Positions 36,428 through 46,443 of a DNA stretch of 64,000 nt are shown here, piece by piece. Origin of the DNA: an uncultured delta proteobacterium (lineage in GTDB: Bacteria; Desulfobacterota; Binatia; DP-6); NCBI GenBank assembly GCA_963815115.1, contig CAWFFN010000009.1, positions 768,001 to 832,000 of the forward strand, read 5' to 3'. The notes below the pieces were generated by a model. That model saw only the letters and a program-made list of their open reading frames with translations, was not told the origin of the DNA and did not search any database. The translations under genes were made by a program, and so were the position numbers. Each line of letters starts with the position of its first letter. Position 1 is the stretch's first letter.

Positions 36428-38584
36428 CTAGACGGACGCGGGGGCAGGGAGCGCGTCGGGGATGGGACCTCCGCGTTCGGCATCACGCTCGAGAAGCTCG
36501 AGCCGCGCCACCAGCTGGTGATAGGCGGCCAGCCGGCCCTGAAGATGGGCGGCGAGCCGGGGATCGGCGATGCCTTCGGCATCCACAGCGGCAGCCTCGG
36601 CGCGGGAGAGGAGGGCGGCGACCGGCGGCACCGCGACGTCGCCCTTTCCCTCGACGCGGTCGGCGACGTCCTCGAGGACGTCGCCGATGGCGTCCCCGAG
36701 CGTCCGCAGCGGCTGGCGTACCGTGTCCGGCAGCGCCCCCAGGCTGACGTCGATGCGGTGGCGAACGACGCTCAGGAGCGCCAGGAAGACGGCCTGGGCA
36801 TGCTCGGCGAGTCGTGCAACCGATTCCCTGGCCGCGCGCGCCTCGGCCGTGCCGGCGCCGGGCTCGAACTTGGACTCGTCGTGGAGCCGCAGCGTCGTTG
36901 CCAGGTCCTGGTACACCTGCCAGCGATGTCCGCGAGCGATGCCGAGGTTCGGCTTCTCGCTCAGCCCGACCCGGGAGAGGGTCGCCAGCGAGCGCAGGGT
37001 GGACGCTAGGGCGTGGTGCATCTCGGAGGCCGCAAAGACCGGGCTGAAGGCGTAGTAGACCACGCCGGAAATGATGCCGCCGAGCAGCACCCCGATCACG
37101 CGGTCGCGGGCGGGTACCAGATCGGTCGTCGGGCCGAGATCGCCGATCACGCAGAGCCCCAGGGCGAGACCGATCTGGAGCCCGGCGTAGGAGATGCGCG
37201 CGCTTCCGACCGAGACCCACGCGGCCACGGCGCAGCAGATCCCCACCGCGACCAGAAACGGCGGCAGTGTATCGATGTTGGGCGACGTGCTGACGATCAG
37301 CAGCAGCCCGAGCAGGCCGCCGATGCTCGCGCCGATGATGCGCAGCATGAGCTTCTGCATGGTCGCACCGAAGCTCGACTGCGCGACCACGAGCGTGGTG
37401 AGCACGCAGGTAGAGATCCCCGGCCAATCGAGCCCCTCGTACATTACGTAGGCGATGGTCGTGGCGAGCCCGGTCTTGAGTGCGAAGGCGATCGCGGCGC
37501 CGTTGTCGAGCGAGAACGCCGGAGTGAAGAACTCGCCGAGCCCGAGGACGTCGAGCGGGGATGCCGCGCCTACGGGAGTCTCGGCTCCCAGGGATGCCGT
37601 CGCATCGACCAGCCCGCCGAGCGCCCGTTCCATATCGACCAGGGAGGGCAGGAGCGCCGCCTCGCCGGCGGCCGCGATCGCCTCGTCCGGGACCGCCGTA
37701 CCGCTCGGCATCGCCTGGGCGGGTCGGCGCGACTCGAGCGCGGCGGCGATGACCGCGCAGCGTTCGCCGATCGCCGCCAGGCGTTGGCGCACCGGCCCGG
37801 TGAGCGGGCCACGCGCCGCGTGCGCGAACCCGATGCCGGCGCTGAGCAGCAGCTCGGCCCCCGCGATGAGCGCGATCTGCTCCGTGTGGCGGTGCTGCAA
37901 CGACGGGTGGCGCGCCTCGGCGTTCGAGAGGAGGTCGACCTGGCGCGTGAGGCCCGTGAGGGCGAGGGACTCGAGCCGTGCGAGATCAGCCGGCGTCGCG
38001 CTGTCCTCGAGATGCCGTCTGACGAAGTCCTCGACCGCACGCAGCCGCTCGACGAGCGTCCCCATCAGCAGCTCCTCGGGGTCGCTCGGCCAGAGCAGGG
38101 TCTGGGCGAGCGTGGCGATGAGCGAGCCCAGCGCCAGGAGCGCGATGCGCCAGAGCGCCTTCTCCGTGGCCCCCGCCAGGTCCGTGCCACTCGGGGCAGT
38201 CAGCACCAGCGCGACGGTGATGCCGCCGAGGGTGCCCAGGTACGGCGCCGTGGTGGTCGTCGAGATGAAGATGAAGAACGCGCACAACGGACCGAGGAGC
38301 GGGATGCGTACCCACGGTCGATCGATCGTCGCGATCAGGACGAACAGCCCGATCCCGCCGCCGATGAAGGTGCCGAGGATGCGGAGCCCGGCCTTCCGGA
38401 TCGATGCGCCGCTGTCCGCCTGACTCACGATGAAGATCGTGACGATGACGTAGTAGCCGTACGGCACCTGGAGCGTCATGATCAGGGTCGTGGCGACCAC
38501 GCAGGCGAACACGATCCGCATGGTGGCGGCCCAGCGCCCCGGCGTGGGCGCGAGCTCCGCGCCGAGGATGTCCCACAGGCTCAT
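36428..38584 (-). CDS. FUSC/MdtO-like inner-membrane efflux component
   Basis: ELAP.PGRW...MR, LRILGT..G, LWP, FA.KT.LA......Y...DWPGI.T...T, RDRVIGVLLG. Confidence 0.88.
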   Translation of the reverse strand: MSLWDILGAELAPTPGRWAATMRIVFACVVATTLIMTLQVPYGYYVIVTIFIVSQADSGASIRKAGLRILGTFIGGGIGLFVLIATIDRPWVRIPLLGPLCAFFIFISTTTTAPYLGTLGGITVALVLTAPSGTDLAGATEKALWRIALLALGSLIATLAQTLLWPSDPEELLMGTLVERLRAVEDFVRRHLEDSATPADLARLESLALTGLTRQVDLLSNAEARHPSLQHRHTEQIALIAGAELLLSAGIGFAHAARGPLTGPVRQRLAAIGERCAVIAAALESRRPAQAMPSGTAVPDEAIAAAGEAALLPSLVDMERALGGLVDATASLGAETPVGAASPLDVLGLGEFFTPAFSLDNGAAIAFALKTGLATTIAYVMYEGLDWPGISTCVLTTLVVAQSSFGATMQKLMLRIIGASIGGLLGLLLIVSTSPNIDTLPPFLVAVGICCAVAAWVSVGSARISYAGLQIGLALGLCVIGDLGPTTDLVPARDRVIGVLLGGIISGVVYYAFSPVFAASEMHHALASTLRSLATLSRVGLSEKPNLGIARGHRWQVYQDLATTLRLHDESKFEPGAGTAEARAARESVARLAEHAQAVFLALLSVVRHRIDVSLGALPDTVRQPLRTLGDAIGDVLEDVADRVEGKGDVAVPPVAALLSRAEAAAVDAEGIADPRLAAHLQGRLAAYHQLVARLELLERDAERGGPIPDALPAPASV

Positions 38585-39616
38585 CTAGCGCGGGGCCGTG
38601 GAGCCGTCGCCCACAGCCGGGGTCCCGCGGACGGTGACGACGGCGGTGGCGCCCATGCGGAAGGGCTGCTCGGGATCGGGATCCTCGAGCTTGATGCGCA
38701 CCTGGAAGCGCTGCGCGAGGCGGACCCAGTTGAGCGTCGGCTGCACCTCGGGAAGCACGCCGACCGTCGCGCCGTCGGGCGGATGGATCGCCCAGCCGGT
38801 GCCCTGCACCACGCCGCGGAAGCGCCGGCCGGGGTAGCTCATCAGGTACACGTCCGCCTCCATCCCCGGCCTGATGGCGTCGAGGAAGGTCTCGCGGAAG
38901 TTCGCCAGCACGTACCAGGAGCGGCCATCCACCAGCGCGAGGACCTGATCGCCCTGCCGGGCATACTGGCCGATGGAGATGTTGAGGTTGGTCACATAGC
39001 CGTCGAACGGCGTCCGTACCCAGCAGTAGCCGACGTTCAGCTCGGCGTCGCCGACGGCGGCCTGGGCTGCCTGGCGGCGGGCGTTCAACTCGCCGAACTG
39101 CGCCAGCAGCTGCTGGGCGCGCTCGAGCTCGTGACGGGCCTGGTCGTGCGCCGCCGCCGCCGCCCGCTGCTTCGAGCGCGCGTCCTCCACCTTGTCCGTG
39201 GTCACGTACTGCTTCGCCAGCAGCGGCTCGACCCGGCGCAGGTAGTTGGCGGCATACCAGGATTCCGCTTCGCGCCGCTTCACCTCGGCTTCCGCCGCCG
39301 CGATCGCGCTCTGCTGCGCGCTGATCTGGCTCTCCACCACCGCCAGCTCGGCGCGGGTACGATCCAGGGTCACCTGGTAGGGGCGCGGATCGACGACGAA
39401 GAGCAGGTCGCCGGTCTTGACCGGCTGGTTGTCGACCACCGGCAGCTCCACGATCGGACCGCTCACGTGGGGGGCGATGCCCACCAGATTGGCACGGACG
39501 TACGCGTCGTCGGTTCGCGGATGGCGCCGGTTGAGCGCCAGGACCCAGACGGTCACCAGCACGGTGGCGACGACGATCGCTGCCCCGATCACCCGACCGA
39601 GCCACCGCAGACCCAT
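38585..39616 (-). CDS. HlyD/MdtN-like membrane fusion protein
   Basis: PRTDDAYV.A, VSG.I..LPV.DNQ.VK.GDLLF..DP, ANFRET, LP.V.PTLNWVRLAQRF.VRI. Confidence 0.92.
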   Translation of the reverse strand: MGLRWLGRVIGAAIVVATVLVTVWVLALNRRHPRTDDAYVRANLVGIAPHVSGPIVELPVVDNQPVKTGDLLFVVDPRPYQVTLDRTRAELAVVESQISAQQSAIAAAEAEVKRREAESWYAANYLRRVEPLLAKQYVTTDKVEDARSKQRAAAAAHDQARHELERAQQLLAQFGELNARRQAAQAAVGDAELNVGYCWVRTPFDGYVTNLNISIGQYARQGDQVLALVDGRSWYVLANFRETFLDAIRPGMEADVYLMSYPGRRFRGVVQGTGWAIHPPDGATVGVLPEVQPTLNWVRLAQRFQVRIKLEDPDPEQPFRMGATAVVTVRGTPAVGDGSTAPR

Positions 39617-39621
39617 GGCCG

Positions 39622-39882
39622 TCAGGTCCGGTAGAGGAGAAGCCAGGTGACGAGGGTCACGAGCAGGCCGAGGCAGGGGTAGACCACGAGTAGCGGCCCC
39701 AGGTGCGGCTCGAGGCCGGAGCGAGCGAAGACCTCGCGTGCGATCACGGTGAGGGTGACGCCCACGATGAGGCAGAGCATCCAGGCCGGAAAGAACGACC
39801 CGTCGATGTCCAGGAGGGGGTCGCAGCCGGAGGCGAGCGTGGCGAGGGCGGTCGCAAGGATCGGTCGATTCGTGACCCGCAT
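39622..39882 (-). CDS. YtcA-family small lipoprotein
   Basis: Lipobox LASGC followed by P...I.GSFFPAWMLC. Lies directly upstream of mdtN-like gene, as in ytcA-mdtNOP. Confidence 0.8.
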   Translation of the reverse strand: MRVTNRPILATALATLASGCDPLLDIDGSFFPAWMLCLIVGVTLTVIAREVFARSGLEPHLGPLLVVYPCLGLLVTLVTWLLLYRT

Positions 39883-39923
39883 CCGGTAATCCCTTACAAT
39901 CTCGCGCCCTCCCGAAAAAGAGC

Positions 39924-41405
39924 ATGTGCACGCGATCCCCCCGCCTCCGCGCCCTCGTGCTCGCCGCGGCCGCGCTCTCGGGATGTGGCCGCCTCCGGCA
40001 CTCGGCGGCCCTGCACCCTTACGACAGCGCGCCTCCGTCGCACGCTGCGCCGTGGACGCCCCCCACGCCCTCGGAGCCACCGCCTTCGCCGCCCGGGGTC
40101 GTGTTGCCCGAGCCGGACCACCAGCAGGATCTTCCCGACCTGATCGAGCTCGCCCTGCGCAACAATCCCGACACGCGGCGCGCGTGGGAGGAGGCGCGGG
40201 CGGCGGCCGCCCGCCTGGGACGAGCCGAGGGCGCCTATCTGCCGAAGGTCAAGATGACGGCGATCGGGGGCACCTCGCGGATCGCCAGGGCGATCCCGAC
40301 GGGCAAGGAGGTCATCATCGGACCGGGGATTCAGCCCGACCTCGCCCTCACCTGGGTCCTCGTCGACTTCGGACGGCGCAGCGCGGACCGGGATCGGGCG
40401 CTTCAGGAGCTGCTCGCGACGAACTACGCGTTCGATCGACGCCTGCAGACCGTGGTGTTCAACGTGCAGCGGAGCTTCTTCACCCTCGACGCGGCACGGG
40501 CGAGCGTCGGTGCCGCCGAGGCGACGCTCGAGGCGGCGCGCACCGTGGAGGCTGCAGCGTCCGATCGCATGGGCCTGGGGCTGGCGACGAAGCCCGAGGT
40601 GCTGCTCGCGTCGCAGGAGCGCTACCGGTCGGAGTACGAGCTGACCGACGCCAAGGGAGCCGTCCAGCGGACGCACGCCGACCTCGCTGCGAACGTCGGC
40701 ATCTCACCTGCCGAGCCGCTTCAGGTGATCGACCTGTCGCAGGAGGCGTTGCCTCCGGCGCTCTCGGCGACCGTGGAGCAGGTGATGGACGACGCGCTCG
40801 TCGGCCGCCCCGACCTCGCCGCGCAGCTCGCTGCACTGCGGGCCAGGGACGCCGAGGTCCGTCGCGCGCGCTCGGCGTTCTGGCCCACGCTCGGCTTCTC
40901 CGGCGACGTCGGCGGCCTCTGGCGTGACTTCCGCGGGGGGCCGCCGTTCCATTCCCACGAGTTCGCCGAGCCATTCTACGGGACCTTCCTCAACTTCGAG
41001 TGGACGCTGTTCGACGCCCTCGAGCGGGAGAACACGCTGCGCGAGGCGGAGTCGCAGCGCAACGCGGCCGAGGCGGAGCTGGCCTCCCTGCGCCTGGGGG
41101 TCCTGCGCGACGTGTGGCGATCGTACGCCGACGTGAAGACGGCGGCGGGCAAGTACGAGTTCGCGAAAGCGCTGCTGGCATCCGCGATCGAGAGCTACGA
41201 GGCGACGCTGGAAACCTATCGCAATGGCCTGGGAAACTTCCTCGAGCTGCTCGCGGCCGAGCGCGAGCTGGCGCGGGCGCGCTTCACGATCATCGCGAGC
41301 AAAGCGGAGCTCCTGACTGCCTCGGCGGCGCTGGCATTCTCCGCGGGCGGCGGCCCGGCGGCGACCCCGCCCCCGTCCCCGGGGCCACCCGGCCTCCTTC
41401 CTTGA
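39924..41405 (+). CDS. TolC/NodT-family outer-membrane efflux lipoprotein
   Basis: Lipobox LSGC; LI.LAL.NNP.TR.AW..AR, RPDL, Y..GLG..LELL.A...L. Confidence 0.9.
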   Translation: MCTRSPRLRALVLAAAALSGCGRLRHSAALHPYDSAPPSHAAPWTPPTPSEPPPSPPGVVLPEPDHQQDLPDLIELALRNNPDTRRAWEEARAAAARLGRAEGAYLPKVKMTAIGGTSRIARAIPTGKEVIIGPGIQPDLALTWVLVDFGRRSADRDRALQELLATNYAFDRRLQTVVFNVQRSFFTLDAARASVGAAEATLEAARTVEAAASDRMGLGLATKPEVLLASQERYRSEYELTDAKGAVQRTHADLAANVGISPAEPLQVIDLSQEALPPALSATVEQVMDDALVGRPDLAAQLAALRARDAEVRRARSAFWPTLGFSGDVGGLWRDFRGGPPFHSHEFAEPFYGTFLNFEWTLFDALERENTLREAESQRNAAEAELASLRLGVLRDVWRSYADVKTAAGKYEFAKALLASAIESYEATLETYRNGLGNFLELLAAERELARARFTIIASKAELLTASAALAFSAGGGPAATPPPSPGPPGLLP

Positions 41406-41506
41406 CCTCGTGGCGCTCGGCAGCGTAGTTCAGAGCGGGGGGTACGCGGCGGCCTCGAGGGGCGGCTGCTCTCGCCCGGTCAACGAGCGAAGGAGATCCT
41501 GAAGGC

Positions 41507-42235
41507 ATGGCACTCGACACCAAGAGCCTGGCCGCGGTCGCGGCGGAGTACGGCGGCAAGGACCCGCAGGACGTGATCGCGCTCGCCCTGCGCGAGTACG
41601 GCGGCGACGTCTCCATCTCGTTCAGCGGCGCGGAAGACATCGTCCTCGTCGACATGGCCAAGAAGATCGGCGGCAAGTTCTCCGTCTTCTCCCTGGACAC
41701 CGGACGCCTGCACCCCGAGACCTATCAGTTCCTCGAGAAGGTGCGGACGCACTACGAGGTTCCCGTCGACACCTTCTTCCCGCAGCCGGAGGCGGTGCAG
41801 AAGCTGGTGCACGAGAAGGGCCTGTACTCGTTCTATCGCGACGGCCACAAGGAGTGCTGCGGCGTGCGCAAGGTCGAGCCGCTGGTTCGCGCCCTCAAGC
41901 CGTTCGGCGCCTGGATCACCGGGCAGCGCAAGGACCAGAGCCCGGGAACGCGCGCCGAGGTGCCGGTCGTTCAGCTCGATCCGACCTTCGGCTCGCCCGA
42001 GCGTCCGCTCGTGAAGTTCAATCCGCTGGCCAACTGGACGTCGAAGCAGGTGTGGGCCTACATCCGCCAGCACGACGTGCCGTACAACGCGCTGCACGAC
42101 CGCGGCTTCGTATCGATCGGCTGCGAGCCCTGCACCCGGCCGACGAACCCGGGCGAGCACGAGCGCGCCGGCCGGTGGTGGTGGGAAGAGGAGACCATGA
42201 AGGAATGCGGTCTCCACGCCGGCAACGTGAAGTGA
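41507..42235 (+). CDS. cysH: Assimilatory APS/PAPS reductase, [4Fe-4S]-type (APS-preferring)
   Basis: [49 protein letters not shown]. Confidence 0.95.
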   Translation: MALDTKSLAAVAAEYGGKDPQDVIALALREYGGDVSISFSGAEDIVLVDMAKKIGGKFSVFSLDTGRLHPETYQFLEKVRTHYEVPVDTFFPQPEAVQKLVHEKGLYSFYRDGHKECCGVRKVEPLVRALKPFGAWITGQRKDQSPGTRAEVPVVQLDPTFGSPERPLVKFNPLANWTSKQVWAYIRQHDVPYNALHDRGFVSIGCEPCTRPTNPGEHERAGRWWWEEETMKECGLHAGNVK

Positions 42236-42261
42236 CCCGCACCGGGGCTAGATGAGGGCTA

Positions 42262-42588
42262 CTAGAGGCCTCCGACGTCGTCCGGGTCGACGTCGCGCGC
42301 CTGCTCGGTCGTCGTGACGGTCTGACCGAAGCGCTCGCGCACGAGCTGCAGCACGCTGGTGTAGACCTTCTCGCCCTGCTCGTCGCGCACGACGAAGAAG
42401 GGCGCACGCTCGACGCCCAGGCGGGCACCGAGCACCATGCCGGGGCTCTCGGGATCGTCCTCGTGCGCCCACACGACCTCGTCGATCCGGTCCCAGAGGC
42501 CGCGCGACCTGAGATGCTCCGTGGCCTCGGCGCACTTGCGGCAGTCGGTGCCGTCCCGGAGCTTCTTCTTCACCATGGTGACGTGCAT
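42262..42588 (-). CDS. Small CxxC (CRKC) thioredoxin/glutaredoxin-like protein
   Basis: VKK...DG..CRKC...GV.RAPFFVV pattern, consistent with CxxC plus cis-Pro of a Trx fold. Confidence 0.65.
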   Translation of the reverse strand: MHVTMVKKKLRDGTDCRKCAEATEHLRSRGLWDRIDEVVWAHEDDPESPGMVLGARLGVERAPFFVVRDEQGEKVYTSVLQLVRERFGQTVTTTEQARDVDPDDVGGL

Positions 42589-42597
42589 GGCCGGGAC

Positions 42598-43347
42598 TTA
42601 ACGCCCGCCGGGGCCGTCCGGCAAGCGCGCGGCCTTCCCTGTCGGGCGACGTCCGTGCGCGACGTTCTTCAGCGCTTCGCGCCGGGACAGCGCACGCAGC
42701 GCGTGGTGGCGCTCCTGGACCCAATTCGCGACCAGTCCGGGATCGGTCCAGGCGAGATCACGCAACGCCCAGCCGATCGCCTTCTGGAGGAAGAACTCGC
42801 GCGAGCCGATGGACGGCTCGATGCAGTCGCGGAGCAACGCGATGTCCGTGTCGCGCTTGAATCCGAGCTGGCAGATGATCGCGGTGCGGCGCTTCCAGAG
42901 ATTTCTCGAACGGGCCCAGACGCGCATGCGCGCGGCCGTGCGTGCCGGCTCGCGGCGCAGCACGTCGCCGAGCCGGTGTGCGATCGCGTCGACGTAGTCC
43001 CACCACGCGCCGGTCACGATCATCTCCTCGTACATCGGGATGGCGCGTCCGGTCTGGAGCGCGGCGTAGCGACGATCGCTCGCCAGCTCGATCGCCGCGT
43101 AGCGGTGCTCGCGATGCGAGGCGCGGCGCCAGAGCGTCAGGATGGCCTCGCGCCAGACCTCCGCCTCCTCGAGCGGATGTCGGGCGAAGCTGGCGCGGCA
43201 GGTGCGGCGCAGCGCTGGTGTCGGGATGCCGAGGTACGGCATCGACGACTTCATGTAGCGCTGCATCGCGGGTGCCTTCGCCGGGTCGGCGATCGCGGCG
43301 AGCGCGCTGCGGACGTCGGCGACGAGCTTGCGCGAGGCGCGGGTCAC
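42598..43347 (-). CDS. DNA alkylation repair protein (AlkD-like)
   Basis: MQRYMKS.MP.LG, AWWDYVD, W.RRTAIICQL, EFF..KAIGWALR, LSRREALK. Confidence 0.9.
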   Translation of the reverse strand: MTRASRKLVADVRSALAAIADPAKAPAMQRYMKSSMPYLGIPTPALRRTCRASFARHPLEEAEVWREAILTLWRRASHREHRYAAIELASDRRYAALQTGRAIPMYEEMIVTGAWWDYVDAIAHRLGDVLRREPARTAARMRVWARSRNLWKRRTAIICQLGFKRDTDIALLRDCIEPSIGSREFFLQKAIGWALRDLAWTDPGLVANWVQERHHALRALSRREALKNVAHGRRPTGKAARLPDGPGGR

Positions 43348-43434
43348 CCGCGGCGACTACCACGAGAGTCGCCTCGGGTTGAAGACCGCCCGCTCCGGTT
43401 GTCTGTGCCCGACGTCGTGCGCTAGACGGTCGTC

Positions 43435-43863
43435 ATGGCCTGTGCCGCCTGCGAACGTATCGAGCGTGGCCGGGCGGGGCGCGACGCCGACTTCGTCGCC
43501 ACGCTCTCCGAGTCGGTCGTGTTCCTGGCAGACGAGCAGGTGTACCGCGGCTACTGTCTGGTGCTGTTGAAGGATCACGTCGAGCACCTCGGCGACCTGG
43601 CGCTCGAGCGCCAGCTCCGCCTGTGGGAGGACGTGTCGCGCGTCGCGGCGACGCTCCGCGCCCAGGTCGCGCCGGTGCGGATCAACTACGCCTGCCTCGG
43701 CAACTTCCTGACCCACGTGCACTGGCACGTCATCCCACGCCACGCGGACGACCCCGAGCCGCAGCACCCGATCTGGGTCCGTCCGCTGGACGAGCGTCGC
43801 GTGTCGCTTCCCGAGGCGGAGCGGCGCGCGCTCATCGCCAGCCTCCGCCGCGCGCTCGTCTGA
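43435..43863 (+). CDS. HIT-family hydrolase
   Basis: N-terminal CxxC, INY..LGN..THVHWHVIPR (HxHxH). Confidence 0.92.
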   Translation: MACAACERIERGRAGRDADFVATLSESVVFLADEQVYRGYCLVLLKDHVEHLGDLALERQLRLWEDVSRVAATLRAQVAPVRINYACLGNFLTHVHWHVIPRHADDPEPQHPIWVRPLDERRVSLPEAERRALIASLRRALV

Positions 43864-43885
43864 CGTCCACGAGCCGGAGCGCCGC

Positions 43886-44716
43886 TCACCAGAGCTGGAC
43901 CTTCGGCGAGATCCCGAAGAGGACGCCCCAGCGATCGCCGCCGGCAAGCCACCCGCGCAACCCGACCAGCGAGAGATCGAGCGTCTCCGTCGGCGAGAAG
44001 GTGATGCCTATGGTCGTGGTCAGCTGATCGGTGTCCGGCGAGAAGTAGCGCACGCCGCCCAGTTCTGCGGTGATCGACCAGCGGCCGGACTCGACGAGCG
44101 GCCGGTCGAGACCGAGACCTCCCTCGACGGCCTTGGGACGTGGGGTGTGCGGGTCACCCGCGGGGTCGATGAGACCGCCGAGGTTCACCACCGCCTGGGT
44201 CTTGCGAACGCGACAGCCGAGCAGCAGCAGCCCTTCCACGCCGACGCCCTGGTTGCCCCGCGCCAGGGGGAGCTTCGGGCCGAGCTGGATGCCGCTCGTC
44301 CAGGCGATGTCGGCGACGGGGTCGGAGAAATCCAGCAGGCCGGCCTTGATCGAGGTCCAGAGGTTGTCGGGCGCCCAGCGGTCGATGACGAAGGCGCCGG
44401 TGTCCGGACCGCCGACCGCGAGCTCGCCGTCGATGTCGAGCTCGATGCTGGAGGTTATGCCGAGGTCGAGCTCGAAGTCGGGCGTGGATACACGATAGGC
44501 GTCGCGTCCGCGCACGAGGCCGTACTGCATGTCGAGCTCCATCATGCCCGGCTCCTCGAGCTCCATGTCGGTCGGCTCGAAGGCGCGGCGGACGGCTGCC
44601 CCGCGCACGCCGGGCGGGTGGAGCAGCACGAGTCCGAGACACGCCGCTGCGACGGCCCCGGCGGGGCGCCGCTTGCGGCTGGGCGATCGCGATCCGGTAC
44701 GGCTCGGCGCGGGCAC
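43886..44716 (-). CDS. Hypothetical outer-membrane beta-barrel-like protein (start uncertain)
   Basis: Signal-like AVAAACLGLVLL; FEPTD.ELE.PG; alternating amphipathic strands; terminal aromatic residue (QLW). Confidence 0.6.
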   Translation of the reverse strand: MPAPSRTGSRSPSRKRRPAGAVAAACLGLVLLHPPGVRGAAVRRAFEPTDMELEEPGMMELDMQYGLVRGRDAYRVSTPDFELDLGITSSIELDIDGELAVGGPDTGAFVIDRWAPDNLWTSIKAGLLDFSDPVADIAWTSGIQLGPKLPLARGNQGVGVEGLLLLGCRVRKTQAVVNLGGLIDPAGDPHTPRPKAVEGGLGLDRPLVESGRWSITAELGGVRYFSPDTDQLTTTIGITFSPTETLDLSLVGLRGWLAGGDRWGVLFGISPKVQLW

Positions 44717-44833
44717 GGCGTCTTGTAGCGGAGACCGCGATGGCTTCCCACCATGGCTGCGTAACGCCGGGGTGCTTGGCGGCCGGAGACGGTCTGCTAT
44801 GAAGGAAGGGATCGTGCGGCAAAGGAGAACGTT

Positions 44834-45118
44834 ATGAAGAAGACGTTCACGATACCCACTCTGACCGTGGCCGCGCTCCTGTTGCTCGCGCCCCAGGCCG
44901 GTGCCCTCACCTCGTCGCAGCAGCGGATGAAGGACTGCAACGCGGATGCCGACGGAAAGAAGGGTCCCGAGCGGCAGGCGTTCATGAAGACCTGTCTGGC
45001 GGAAAAGGAGCAGACGCAGCAGGAGAAGATGAAGACCTGCAATGCGGACGCGAGCGCGAAGTCGCTCAAGGGCACCGATCGCCGGAAGTTCATGAGCACC
45101 TGCCTGTCGTCGCACTGA
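44834..45118 (+). CDS. psiF: PsiF-family periplasmic protein
   Basis: Signal peptide; two repeats of QQ.(R/K)MK.CN.DA....G..R..FM..CL. AGGAG RBS. Confidence 0.9.
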   Translation: MKKTFTIPTLTVAALLLLAPQAGALTSSQQRMKDCNADADGKKGPERQAFMKTCLAEKEQTQQEKMKTCNADASAKSLKGTDRRKFMSTCLSSH

Positions 45119-45126
45119 CGAACCGG

Positions 45127-46362
45127 TCAACGCGACTCGACGTCCGCCGTGGTCACGTGCTCGGGCCGGATGCCGATGCCGACCACGTGTGCCGGAAGTC
45201 GGCGCAGGAGCGGGAAGCGCGCCAGCAGCTTCAGGAAGAACGGCGGCTCCGGGAGTCCGGTGCTTCCCAGCACCGGGGAGACGACGCGATTCTGGAGCTG
45301 GAGCTGCACCCACTGGGTGGCGCGCGCGGCGAACTCGCGCCGTCGCTGGACGCGGCGGAGATCGTCCAGGCCGAGGCGACGCGCGCGAAGCGGGGCCGCG
45401 AGCGCGTTGGCGGCGGCGACGGCGTCCTGGATGGCGAGGTTGATCCCGACGCCACCGATCGGCGACATCGCGTGCGCGGCATCCCCGATGCACAGCAGAC
45501 CCGGGAGGTACCAGCGCCGCAGGCGGTCGACCTGCACGGTGAGGAGCTTCACCTGATCCCAGTCGCGTAGCTCGTCCGCGCGCTGCCTCGGGAAGGGCGC
45601 GATCAGGGACACCTCGTCACGGAACGCCTCGAGCCCGCGCCGGCGGATCTCGTCCGCGGAGCCCTTGGGAATGACGTAGCCGCACTGCCAGTACTGCCCG
45701 CGATCGAGCGCGACGAAGATTCGCCCGGCGTCGAACCGTCCCATGACGCCGGCGGGGTCGGCGGATCCGCGCGAGACGCGGAACCAGAGAACGTCCATCG
45801 GGGCGCCGAACGCTTCCACCTCGAGGCCGGCCCGCTGGCGGAGCAGGGAGCTTCGGCCGTCGGCAGCGACCACGAGGTCGGCGTGAATCTCGAGCGGCCC
45901 CTCCGGGGTGGTGGCGCGGATGCCGGTCACCCGGTCGGCCTCGCGCAGGAGGTCGGTCGCCTCGGCTCGCATCAGCAGCCGGAAGGCGGGACGCCGCGCG
46001 GCCTGCTGCGCGATGAAGTTCAGGAAGTCCCACTGTGGCATGAGGGCGATGAAGCGGCAGGGGGCGGAGAGGTGGCTGAAATCTGCGATCGGCCGGATCG
46101 TCTCGCCGATCTGGACGCGAAGCTCGCTCACCTCCTGATGCGGCAGCGCGAGGAACTGCTCCAGGAGCCCGAGCTCGTGCAGGATGGTCAGCGTGGATGG
46201 GTGGATGGTGTCGCCGCGAAAGTCGCGCAGGAAGTCGGCGTGCTTCTCGAGGACGGTCACGCCGACCCCGGCGCGCGCGAGCAGGAAGCCGAGCATCATG
46301 CCGGCCGGACCTCCGCCGACGACGCAGCAGCGCACCGGCTGGCCGTCACCCTCCTGGCGCAC
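45127..46362 (-). CDS. FAD-dependent oxidoreductase/monooxygenase (UbiH/PheA-like)
   Basis: GGGPAG, EKH.DF.RDFRGDTIHPST, ADGRSS, IGDAAHAMSPIGGVGINLAIQDA. Confidence 0.92.
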   Translation of the reverse strand: MRQEGDGQPVRCCVVGGGPAGMMLGFLLARAGVGVTVLEKHADFLRDFRGDTIHPSTLTILHELGLLEQFLALPHQEVSELRVQIGETIRPIADFSHLSAPCRFIALMPQWDFLNFIAQQAARRPAFRLLMRAEATDLLREADRVTGIRATTPEGPLEIHADLVVAADGRSSLLRQRAGLEVEAFGAPMDVLWFRVSRGSADPAGVMGRFDAGRIFVALDRGQYWQCGYVIPKGSADEIRRRGLEAFRDEVSLIAPFPRQRADELRDWDQVKLLTVQVDRLRRWYLPGLLCIGDAAHAMSPIGGVGINLAIQDAVAAANALAAPLRARRLGLDDLRRVQRRREFAARATQWVQLQLQNRVVSPVLGSTGLPEPPFFLKLLARFPLLRRLPAHVVGIGIRPEHVTTADVESR

Positions 46363-46443
46363 TCCCCACCTATAGCAGCGGCGTTCCCGGACCGCATAGC
46401 GAATCGTTTGACGGTTGCGGCGCCGGTGCGGGACAATCCGCAG

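Noticed and set aside
41406-41506. SAM-I-like riboswitch upstream of cysH (CAGAG…GGTCAAC)
   Set aside because: It lacks the AUC/GAU P1 pairing and has no room for P3/P4. The resemblance is only partial.
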